Assembly: GCA_951406725.2 (NCBI GenBank)
Contig: OX597823.1
Coordinates: forward strand, 6,510,001 to 6,574,000
Direction: 5' to 3'
DNA length: 64,000 nucleotides
Origin: Octopus vulgaris
Lineage: Eukaryota
Shown here piece after piece: positions 52,863 through 62,145 of the stretch (position 1 is the first letter of the stretch; the number at the start of each line of letters is the position of its first letter). Position numbers and translations under genes: made by a program. The notes beneath the pieces were generated by a model. That model did not search any database and was not told where the DNA came from. It was given only the letters and a program-made list of their open reading frames with translations.

Positions 52863-53657
52863 TATATGAGAGAGAGAGAGCGAGAGAGAGAGAAGGGACA
52901 GATAGAGTGAGAGAGAGAGGGGAGAGAGAGTCCCGTCCTTGTAAAATTTTCCATTCCACAGCCTATTCCCATGGGTTGTACTACCCTATATTCTTGTAGA
53001 CAGTATCCCTTCTGCTGACTATTGATTTTCAGATTTCAAGTAAAAAGTCATAAACAACCATCATCTTTGTTCCTTAAAAGTGAAAAAAGAGGGAGAACAA
53101 CTTTCTCTGTCTATTCAATTGACACCAGTACAGTTGTATAAAGCTAGATCAAGCTGGGGTTTGATTCCTACGTGACTCACCAGTATTTTCAAATGTTTGA
53201 CAACTTCTGTAAAAGAAATTGTGTCGGCCCTATCACCAGGAAACCCTTGTTTGTGGCAAGAGAACTTCTTGACATACTAATCACTCATCTAATGACCCCA
53301 TCTACCACTTGGACTGAGTATTTCCTGCCAGAATACTCCATTGCAGTGTGTGATGATGGGCTTCTCTCTCCCTCACATTCCATCAACTCTGGCATGCTTC
53401 AAGGTTTGGTTCAGGATTTATAAAAACTACCAACGATGCGAATTAGTAGAAAGACATGAAGAAAGATATGAAATATGGACAAATACATGTGGTTCGTTAG
53501 GAAGATTTCAAATAGTGTATCAGATAATAAACAAATAACCAACTTTGAGAAGGCAATACAATGAACAACTTACTCTGTCTGAACGGCTTTCTATCATGCT
53601 TTTCGCACCTTCAATGTCTCCAGATTCAATTTTCTCCTTGATTTTTTTAATGTCCAT
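32390..53657 (-). CDS. Mind bomb-like ankyrin-repeat/RING protein with C-terminal death domain; 13 coding exons, 1551 nt, 516 aa
   Basis: Exons 53574-53657, 52616-52767, 49760-49922, 48346-48503, 47397-47433, 45689-45898, 44055-44230, 41337-41476, 40290-40340, 35681-35731, 34967-35017, 33863-33934, 32390-32595; all GT-AG with compatible phases and no internal stop. Confidence 0.88.
32890..33155 (+). mobile_element. Ty3/gypsy RNase H fragment
   Basis: [37 protein letters not shown] matches the TDAS...AFFS...E..YS..EKE pattern. Confidence 0.7.
33368..33660 (-). mobile_element. Non-autonomous hammerhead-bearing repeat (Penelope-like derivative), copy 1
   Basis: Same family as 34466-34793; minus-strand GACAT-CTGAAGA-AGGCTG...CAGCT-GAAGC-GTT-GTGTT; internal (TTA)n. 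Confidence 0.65.
33863..33934 (-). CDS. Exon 12: death domain N-terminal helices
   Basis: (D)[23 protein letters not shown](G), the L..VA..LG..W..LG death-domain signature; phase 1-1. Confidence 0.9.
34000..34292 (+). mobile_element. Short interspersed repeat (different SINE-like family)
   Basis: GC-richer block ending AGCGGACGTTAAACGAACGATGAT; partial copy at 54605-54705. Confidence 0.6.
34466..34793 (-). mobile_element. Non-autonomous hammerhead-bearing repeat with inverted terminal duplication, copy 2
   Basis: 34468-34528 inverted at 34697-34760; flanked by GTGCTAAC direct repeat; core CCGAAGA...CAGCC-GAAAC on -. Confidence 0.7.
34967..35017 (-). CDS. Exon 11: 51-nt microexon ([16 protein letters not shown])
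   Basis: tttcag acceptor, gtgagt donor, phase 1-1, paralogous to exons 9 and 10. Confidence 0.8.
35681..35731 (-). CDS. Exon 10: 51-nt microexon ([16 protein letters not shown])
   Basis: tttcag acceptor, gtgagt donor, phase 1-1. Confidence 0.8.
36940..37400 (+). mobile_element. Decayed RTE-type LINE 3' fragment
   Basis: [29 protein letters not shown] remnants. Confidence 0.6.
37860..38230 (+). mobile_element. CR1 LINE 3' end
   Basis: TRGHIYKV...[20 protein letters not shown]...FK C-terminal CR1 motif, short 3' UTR, (ATT)n tail. Confidence 0.8.
38675..38840 (+). mobile_element. SINE family A, 5' half
   Basis: Matches 203-360. Confidence 0.8.
38847..39300 (+). mobile_element. Possible non-autonomous Helitron-like element, 5' part (end uncertain)
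   Basis: TCTATATATATAAAACT..GAATGTGTG..TCCCTAAAACT start shared with 13167-13234. Confidence 0.4.
40290..40340 (-). CDS. Exon 9: 51-nt microexon ([16 protein letters not shown])
   Basis: tttcag acceptor, gtgagt donor, phase 1-1. Confidence 0.75.
41337..41476 (-). CDS. Exon 8: C3HC4 RING finger
   Basis: CLRC-x9-PCEH-x3-CKQC-x7-CLKC; not in the ORF track; phase 2 in, phase 1 out. Confidence 0.9.
41915..42388 (-). mobile_element. SINE family A, full length
   Basis: Reverse complement of 203-597. Confidence 0.85.
42444..42565. repeat. Palindromic foldback element related to the 13061 hammerhead repeat
   Basis: Arms AATATGTGACAATTAGTTGG.../...CCAACTAATTGTCACATATT; right arm similar to 13097-13148. 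Confidence 0.8.
44055..44230 (-). CDS. Exon 7: last ankyrin repeat, Mind bomb-like
   Basis: [58 protein letters not shown]. Confidence 0.9.
44378..44519. repeat. Imperfect inverted repeat, arms about 47 bp
   Basis: TACTGCTGTCTTGGGAGA..GTGCCTTATAATTTA / TAAATTATAAGACAC..TCTCCCCAGACACAACAGTA. Confidence 0.7.
44548..44885. repeat. Long inverted repeat (arms about 140 bp), MITE-like
   Basis: 44548-44686 is an imperfect reverse complement of 44746-44885. Confidence 0.8.
45225..45645 (+). mobile_element. SINE family D, dimeric body
   Basis: Same structure as 31473-31946. Confidence 0.85.
45689..45898 (-). CDS. Exon 6: ankyrin repeats
   Basis: [20 protein letters not shown]...[19 protein letters not shown]...ILNE; phase 0-0. 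Confidence 0.92.
46238..46417. repeat. Nested hairpin element
   Basis: Outer GTGAGGCATACTTGCCATCTCAATAT/ATATTGAGATGGCAAGTATACCTCAC and inner GGCACACTTTCTGTGCCC/GGGCACAGAAAGTGTGCC stems. Confidence 0.8.
46730..46800 (+). ncRNA. Type I hammerhead ribozyme with intact core
   Basis: CTACA-CTGAAGA-AGGA...TTCT-GAAAC-TC-GTA-TGTGG. Confidence 0.6.
47397..47433 (-). CDS. Exon 5: 37-nt ankyrin exon
   Basis: (K)[12 protein letters not shown]; required to restore phase between exons 4 and 6. Confidence 0.88.
48346..48503 (-). CDS. Exon 4: ankyrin repeats
   Basis: [52 protein letters not shown]. Confidence 0.93.
49760..49922 (-). CDS. Exon 3: ankyrin repeats
   Basis: [54 protein letters not shown]. 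Confidence 0.93.
50826..51127 (+). mobile_element. SINE family B
   Basis: Matches 8964-9272. Confidence 0.8.
51160..51640 (-). mobile_element. Penelope-like element 3' end with pLTR hammerhead
   Basis: SWKIL..GPY..G..RCKLC..E...I...LN.R.EL...C.H..KFLL, C-terminal region of PLE GIY-YIG ORFs. Confidence 0.7.
51248..51306 (-). ncRNA. Type I hammerhead ribozyme with core mutation (CTGATAA)
   Basis: GGAT-CTGATAA-...-GAA-ACC-TTA-GGT-A-ATCC just 3' of the PLE ORF. Confidence 0.6.
52616..52767 (-). CDS. Exon 2: ankyrin repeats
   Basis: [50 protein letters not shown](G). Confidence 0.93.
53574..53657 (-). CDS. Exon 1 (first coding): [28 protein letters not shown]
   Basis: ATG 2 nt after an AG acceptor; gtaagt donor in phase 0; resembles an ankyrin N-cap helix pair. 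Confidence 0.75.
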
Positions 53658-54178
53658 GTCTTTTGAATAAAAAATGTAAAAGAAAGAAAGTAAAAGTAAA
53701 TAACAATATACTCAAGTTGATGGTTCTAAAATCTTGCATAAGACAACATAAATATTGGAAACTTCAGTTTATCTAAAGTATTATTTAGAGCTAATGTTCT
53801 TCTTGACACTAATAAACCTAACAACAGTCATTGTGTTGTGTCTCTAGGTTAGCTACATTCCTCTGCTTATTACAGTCCGAGTGGTTACAATTAAACCCTG
53901 AATATTGGAATGTTCAGCCCGGTGATCAGCTCAGGGGACACACTTCACATAAACTAGAAATTGACGCTACGAAGGAAGGTAAATTTAGGAAAGATAATTA
54001 AATTATCCATAGAAAATAATGTTTGTCAATAAATCCTCTTGTATTAATTTTTGATTTGATCTCATCTACTTCACTACTATTTTGATTGACACTATCAACA
54101 AGTGACTTTAGAAATCTTATTATATGACTATTTGGTAATTTGATAATTACTCAATAAATTTCCCTTATATATATATAT

Positions 54179-54291
<113 letters not shown>

Positions 54292-54557
54292 TGGACAAAT
54301 GAAAGAACGGGCACTCAACACTTTTATTGGAAATTACATTTATTATTCAAATATATTCGGATTTATGTAGCACAAAATCTGAATGAAGCTGATTTGAATA
54401 ATATATATATTATACAAGTTGTTTTCATTAATACACACACATACATGTACACACACACGTATATATGCATAAATTAATGAAAATAGACACACACTTTATC
54501 TATCTATCTATCTGTCTGTCTGTCTATCTCTCTCTCTCCCTATATATATATATACAT

Positions 54558-54606
<49 letters not shown>

Positions 54607-54869
54607 GGAAGGGCATCCAGCTGTAGAAACTTTGCCAGATCAGATTGGAGCCTGGTGAAGCCTTCTGACTCGCCAGTCCTCAGTCAAACTATCCAACCCA
54701 TGCAAACATACCTACATAATATGTATGTATGTATTTGTGAATATATATTACATGGGTTTCAGTTCATTTCTACTGTATGACACCTTGGGCAGGTACCTTC
54801 TTTTATAATCCCATGGTTAATCAATGCTTCTGAGTGGATTACGTAGACATAAGTAGAGATAAGCCCTTC

Positions 54870-55425
54870 GTACACTGCTGCAAAATAAACTGCGGACCAG
54901 TGCAAAAACTGCTGAAATGAACTCCTTGCAGATCGATATATTTGACTATTTTTCATCACAGATTCTTAACTGGCAAATAGCAAAACAATACACGAAAACC
55001 TAAAGAAATGTTTATCATTTAGTGCTGAAAATATGCATTGTATGAAAACGAACAATATTTTGCCTGCTCAAAAATTTAAGGCCATGAAAAATAAAACAAT
55101 TAACTCTTGTATAAACTGTAAAAATTCCGGCATTTATGTTCAAGCTTTCACTGTGTCAGCAATTGCTAGTTACGCCCTGTATTTCACACCAACAATGGGC
55201 AAAGCTAAAATATCGACAGATTTTGAACATGGTAGAATTGCAGAGGTCCAGAAGTAAGGTCTTTCACAACAAGCTATCAGCAAAACCGAAATCCTTAAAA
55301 GACCCTCAAGCATATGGATTGAAAAGAATCGACCTGTTGGCCAAAGAAAGTTTCACCAGCGCTGATTACAAGGATTGGACGGGAAGTCAGGAATGACACC
55401 AGCCGGTCATCAAACCAGATAAAGG
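54870..55425 (+). mobile_element. Decayed Tc1/Tc3-like element 5' end
   Basis: TA-CACTGCTGCAAAATAAA terminus and MGKAK..TDFEHGRI....*GLSQQAI helix-turn-helix start at 55195. Confidence 0.55.
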
Positions 55426-55863
55426 TAATTACGTATGCAGAATGTACCCTAAGGACGATAAGATGGCATTTGAGATAGACACATACGAACACCTCTGCGC
55501 AGTGTTCAACTCACTGCTTACACCACACACCATTATGCACACACCCACACACACTCAATGCACTAACACACACACACATGTGCACACACATGCTTGCATA
55601 CCTTACTTCAAAAGGGTCACCGTTAATAACAATTTTTCACTAAGCCCCTTTCTTCTGGTCATTTCATTATGTTGAACTGTTATTCGGTACACATTTTCTC
55701 TCCTTTTCTTTTCGTTCTCTCCCCATATTTTCCTCTCAATCCATTCTCTCGAAGACTGTAGGCTTGAATCATCAAAGACTTTCCCATTTTTTCCCAAGCA
55801 CCAAACCAATTCACCTGCCTGTTGTGCCCTCACCTGTCTTCGTCTTTTGTTTTCTGTACATTG

Positions 55864-55903
<40 letters not shown>

Positions 55904-55909
55904 GTGCGT

Positions 55910-56104
55910 GTTTGTCCTCACTTCATCACTTGCCAATCACTGTTAGTGTGTTTACGTTCCCGTAACCTAGTGGTTCGGCAAAAGACCTGATAGAATAAGT
56001 ACCAGACTTTCAAAGAATAAGTCCTGGGGTTGATTTCTTTGACTAAAGGGCGGTGCTCCAGCATGGCTGAAACAAGTAAAAGAATAAAAGAATACACACA
56101 TACA

Positions 56105-56202
<98 letters not shown>

Positions 56203-56270
56203 ACGGGTTTCTTTCAGTTTCCATCTTGCAAATCCACTCACAAGGCTTTGGTCGGCCCGGGGCTATAGGA
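55910..56270. mobile_element. SINE family A pieces in opposite orientation (55910-56095 +, 56203-56270 -)
   Basis: Matches to the family A 3' half and the reverse-complemented 5' half. Confidence 0.7.
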
Positions 56271-56578
56271 GAACAAACATACAGGAAGGAAGGAAGAAGA
56301 CGAGAAACAGTTAAAACAAAACAGCAAATTCTTCTGGCTGTCCAAGTACTCCTGGCCAACTTGGTAATCCCCCTGGCAAGGGCACAAAACAGTCACAAAA
56401 ATGAAGCACAATTTTAGGAGGGATACGCCCCACCAAACACACTTCCCACCGTTAAGTGAGACTTCACACACACATGCAGAGAATTTGCCAGGAACTCTGT
56501 GGAGATTTCTTGTTCGACGAATATAAATAAACACGTGCAACAAACCCCCACTAAATCCCCCCAAAACAAATGTCTTAC

Positions 56579-56690
56579 CTGGTAGCTGTGCTTCAATAAT
56601 TCACGACGTTGGTATACAAAGGCGTCACAAGAAGAACACGTCCACACAGTAATGAGGGAAGTAAGCTTCTTCCCACACAGGGTGAGTCAT
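56579..56690 (-). promoter_or_regulatory. Candidate non-coding first exon and promoter of the ANK-RING-DD gene
   Basis: Consensus CAG|GTAAG donor at 56578 in non-repetitive sequence; TGAGTCA (AP-1 consensus) at 56683-56689; first coding exon begins with an acceptor. Confidence 0.35.
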
Positions 56691-56854
56691 TATTAACACA
56701 CACACGGGTTCAGTTCCACCCCTTTATTATTAGTCAATATTAAATTCATGTTTTCAAAATATTTCCTTTCCCAAGATTAACAAGTTTTCACATATTTCGT
56801 CGATGTACGAAATGTAAACAACGTCAACGCACGAACACACACATACCAGTATAT

Positions 56855-57200
56855 ATTTCTTTATTGCCCACAAGGGGCTAAACATAGAGGGGACAAACAA
56901 GGACAGAGAAACGGATGAAAGGATGAAAAGCAAAGTCGACCTAGGCGGATTTGAACTCAGAATGTACCGGCAGACGAAACACCTATTTCTTTATTACCCA
57001 CGGAGGGGACAAACAAGGACAGACCAATGGATTAAGTCGATTACATCGACCCCAGTGTGTAACTGGTACTTAATTTATCGACCCCGAAAGGATGAAAGGC
57101 AAAGTCGACCTCGGCGGAATTTGAACTCAGAACGTAACGGCAAACGAAATACCGCTAAGCATTTCGCCCGGCGTACTAACGTTTCTGCGAGCCCGCCGCC
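56855..57200 (-). mobile_element. SINE family D (partly deleted dimer)
   Basis: Reverse complement of 45225-45645. Confidence 0.8.
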
Positions 57201-57715
57201 TATACACACACACACACACACAAGTATATGCACGCACATCCATATGTGTACGTAAATATGTTTGCGTATCTATGAGTGTACACACATACACCCACATAAA
57301 GATAAATATAATTGAAAATTTGCTGGACCGATTTTTATGAAGTTTGGTAAATGAATGAAATAAGAAGACATCATTGAATTTCGAAACAACAAAAATGAAT
57401 TACATGTGACGGGATTTATTGTGGATTTTTTAGATATTTTACTTCAGAACATTCAGTATGATGCGTAGAAGACAACATAATATTTTTCAATCATCTGATG
57501 CCCGACGCTCCAGAAGTGGGAGGGCCATGGAAAGAGGCAGGACAGGCACCAGCGCCAAAGAAATGCCGTGGTGACACAACAGTAACGAGAAATAAAACTC
57601 CGGTTTCAAACGACGAGGCAAGTCCACCTGTTGTGACACGAAACACCAGAGGAGAAACGAGAAGGGTTGGAGTCTCAAGCCATTAGAAAAGATATACATA
57701 CATAATACATAATAC

Positions 57716-57913
57716 AGGTACTACTTAAGAAGAGTGGTCCCCGTGCGCGTACTTGCGCACTCGCGCATCCACGCTAGCTAGTCGTAACTAGTCTATCCTA
57801 CAACGACTACCTAGCAAAGTAAATAAAACACAAAGTAAGGATCGACTAGTCACGACTAGCTAGGGCGGATGCCCGAGTGCACGCACCGGGACCACTCTTC
57901 TTAAGTAGTACCT
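57716..57913. mobile_element. MITE-like foldback element
   Basis: Perfect 26-bp termini AGGTACTACTTAAGAAGAGTGGTCCC/GGGACCACTCTTCTTAAGTAGTACCT with further imperfect arm pairing. Confidence 0.75.
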
Positions 57914-58500
57914 ACATACATACATACATTAATTAATTCATTCATACATTAATTAATAAATTAATTCTATCTTAACTTATAAGGGTCGAAAAATCTTTAC
58001 TTTACCGCAAAGCAAAATATTTTCAGCTGTGGAAGTCTTTAATAATCCGTTCCAGTCTTTTCTGGTTCGCGAGAATGAATAAATTGTATTCAATTACATA
58101 ATTAAATATAGTATAACTTTAGCAGGAGATACGTTATCGCAGCCAATGACGCAAGTCATTGCTTTTTTTTCTTCTTCTTTATCTGTTTATTCTTTGTATC
58201 TCCTTTCATTATTCTCTCTCTCTCAATATCCTGCCACTCCTTCATTTACGTGAATTTCTGAAATGTGTTTATCTATTTAAGCTGAATGGTGTTTGCACTA
58301 TTTACCCGCTCAAAGTCTATTTCAGTTCATTCGCTGTGACCTAAATTTTTGATAATTGTTTGAAAACCCTATGAGAGAGAAACGTATGTCGATTAAACCC
58401 ATTGAAATCTCTTTGTATCTCGTGACTAATAAAAGCACTTCACCTTTTATTGCTAAATGTGTGTTGTCTGTTTTAATGGCCAACGCCTATGTAGTAACAT

Positions 58501-58541
<41 letters not shown>

Positions 58542-58601
58542 ATACCACGGGCTCATATATTTATATGTATATACATATAGATAGATATACATATAGATAG
58601 A

Positions 58602-58638
<37 letters not shown>

Positions 58639-58848
58639 CGGGCTTCTTATATATATATGTATATGTATGTATATCTCCATATATATATATATATATATAT
58701 ATTGTATCTTTTCATTTGTCTTGCTCGCTTACCTTCTGGTGTTTGGTAAATTTTCTTGATAACATTCCTTTCTTAGTGGTAAGACCATAGCGGATCTACT
58801 TCTAGCATAATGGATGTCCACTTACAGGTCATCCCACTTATATGTTTG

Positions 58849-58891
<43 letters not shown>

Positions 58892-58903
58892 TATATATAT
58901 ATG

Positions 58904-58974
<71 letters not shown>

Positions 58975-59549
58975 CCCCTTCGAGGTCAGACGTCATCTCA
59001 TTTCTTCCTGAATGAGAGAAAGGGGCCAACGGAAAGATAAAGTTGGAGAAAAGGAAGCATCAACCCCAGAACTGGATCTTGAAACCCTGAAACGAAGGAA
59101 GAAGATGTTGATGGGATTTGAACTGAGAAAGCAGAGAGTTGGAAGGATTAGCACAAAGTAACTTATCGAACATTCTAAGGCTCTGCATATCCCCCCCCGA
59201 CACACACCTATTTGTCTGTCTGTCTGTTGCTATTAACTTGCTATACATTAATCTTTCATAAATATTTTCTGTCGTTAATTAGTTTGAAATTATATCATTA
59301 AATTCCCATTAATTTGGGGTTTGTATTTTGTTGACAAAGTTAGTGTGAATTAGGTCAAAAGGCTTCAGGTTGTTATTGCTGTCGGTGGCGGCGGTGCACA
59401 CTGTTTCAAGTTCTATGTGCCGCTATGTGTGACTGTGCATGCGTGTATATAATACTTTAGGAGTGTGTGTGTGCATGTGCTTGTGGGTGATGTACGACTG
59501 TCTTTGTGCATATATGTATATATACATATAAACACATGTATACATATAT

Positions 59550-59640
<91 letters not shown>

Positions 59641-59677
59641 ATTAAGCTTTGTGGTCCTTAAGGGTAATAAAGGTTAG

Positions 59678-59721
<44 letters not shown>

Positions 59722-59726
<5 letters not shown>

Positions 59727-59850
59727 CCACTCTCAAGGCTTTGGTTGGCCCAAGGCTTTAGTAGAAGACGCTTACCCAAGGTGCCACGCAGTGGGACTGG
59801 ACCCAGAACCATTTGGTTGGAAAGCAAGCTACTTACCACACGGCCACTAC
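59722..59850 (-). mobile_element. SINE family A 5' fragment
   Basis: Reverse complement of the family A head. Confidence 0.7.
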
Positions 59851-60826
59851 GTATGTACATATATATATATGTGTTTATGTATATTTGTATTCCTGTGTAT
59901 GTATCTATTTGCTTGTGCGTATGGATGTATATATATATATATATATGATCGTGTATCTATGTGCAGGTATGTATAAATGTATATATGTATTTAATGTAAT
60001 GTATGTATCCTAGTGGTTCTCTCAGCATTTCGTTGATCGCAGATAACATGTTGGGCGATCATTCGGTACCAGTAACATAACTGTCACTTGGGTTTATTTA
60101 CATTTCTGAAGAAAAAAGATACCTTTCCCCCACCACTAACCCCAACCCTAACCCCACATATATAACAAAAAATAAAAATTTTACGGAAAGTGACGGTCTT
60201 CTTTTCACTTGACCAGCTGTAAGTTTCACTTTCTAGAGTTTGGATGAAGCCTTGTGGCAAATTATTGGCCGAGATAAATAGAAATTGTATATTTACTAAC
60301 AATCGTGTCTACAAAAAGGTTCTACTTGACAGCAAAATATGCCTTTTAAGTAAGTTTCACAAAATTGAATTTTATTTTTCATTTTATTTTCTTGAAAATT
60401 CCAGTTTAAACTGTTTATGTAACAATGGAAGTGTTTAGGGAGACGCCGGGGCTTACAACAACAGCAACAACAAATGAAATTTCAAAGTTTATCGTTATTT
60501 CCAAAGTTAATCTCCAACAAAAAGGGAGCCAAACCAAGATCTGCTATAATTAGTACCCGAATCCTACTCCATTCACAATTTATCATCTTAAAGACAAGGT
60601 GGTTCTGGGTTCTCTATACTTGAAAAAAAAACATGGCGGTGGTGTTGAGTGTGTGGCTCAAAATAGCTCTAAATAACTGTCTCTGCCTCTGTCTCTCCTT
60701 CTATCTCTCCTTTCCATTCTCTCTGTCTCTCTCTTCCTCCCTTCATGTTGGTCACTCCCTACAATACAAGTTACAGAAACTTTCTGTTTCAACACCTCCT
60801 CTGCCTACGTTTCGATACACATAACA

Positions 60827-60860
<34 letters not shown>

Positions 60861-61294
60861 CCTCTCTCTCTCATAATTACTCCAAAAGATATTATGACAT
60901 CACAATTCCGAGATCTGAATACTATAATCTCTTCAGTTCGACTTCCTTCACAATTGGTGTCATATCGATCAACGGATGATATCTATAATAAATATCGATC
61001 TATTTAATTCGTATCTTAATTTCCAGCAATTTCTTCGTAAATTTCCCAGTATATTGATTTCTTCTTCCTGAAGCTGTCTTTTCTTTCTTTCTTCTTTCAG
61101 TTCTCTTCTTCTTTTCTTAAGCTCATTCGTTCATTCTTTCTTTTCTTCTGCCTTCGTTTGTTTGACTTAGCGATTATTTATTGATCTTTTGATTTAAACA
61201 TATTTGTCACATTTTAGCTTACTGTTAACAGTATCATTGGATCTCTCTGTCTCTCTCTCACACTATCTAATATATATATGTATATATATAAATG

Positions 61295-61827
61295 AAATAA
61301 GTAACAATGATGTCAAGGCATTAGTGCACTACGGCTGTTTCAAGCAGCCCCATTTAATCGACCAATGCATGCATTATATCAATTTGAAATACACCGCCTT
61401 CCTCGGGTGCATAAGGCAATATAAGTTTTCAACAGACAGGATACTCCATTACAATATTTTAAGCAAAATTGTAAGTGGATGTAGAATAGTAACTGCATTA
61501 GGTTTTCTGATTGTGATAAAGAGAAAGATAAATGCAGCTATATTACCATCCCCTCACCTCCATTGTTATTCTCTTCTGCCACTCCAAATTATAGTTGGAG
61601 TATTTTCTCTCTAAGTTCATTCTGCTAAGATAATATTCCCTTGTTCTGATGAAATATTTGTTAAAAAATTTATAATGGTGTATCCAGTATCTTTAAAGCT
61701 GTATCGTCTTATGAATCCAGGGAAGGCGATGTATTGTAAATTGATTAATGTTTGCACTGATCGATTAAATGGAGCTGCCTGAAACGGCCGTAATGCACTA
61801 ATAATTGGACATCCTTGTTACTTATTT
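61295..61827. mobile_element. Element with about 85-bp imperfect terminal inverted repeats
   Basis: AAATAAGTAACAATGATGTC..TTAGTGCACTACGGCTGTTTCAAGCAGC mirrored at 61745-61827. Confidence 0.65.
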
Positions 61828-61984
61828 GCTTTTTATTCACCTCATTTCGAGCTGTGCGGATTATACCTGAGTGACTCGCTGTCTCCTAATTAGTGTCTAA
61901 TTCCAATGCACAAATAAATTGTTTATAGTGATCAAATGTTCGTCTTACTGCACATTAGTTCTCTCTCTCCATCAAATCGACGTT

Positions 61985-62145
61985 GTCTGAACGGGTGGAT
62001 GGTGTATCACGTGTCAGATGTCGGAATGGTCCCAGAGCAACATGGGATGAAGTGTTTTACGCAAGAATACAACGCACCACCCAGTCTAGGGACTAAAACC
62101 ACGATCCAGTGAGTGAGAGGACGACAACCTAACCACTAAGCCATG
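61985..62145 (-). mobile_element. Decayed tRNA-derived SINE
   Basis: Minus strand CATGGCTTAGTGGTTAGG A-box head, GCGTTGTATTCTTGCGTAAAACACTTCA body. Confidence 0.5.

Noticed and set aside
60870-61200. Possible minus-strand coding remnant
   Set aside because: Interrupted by stops; no motif recognised
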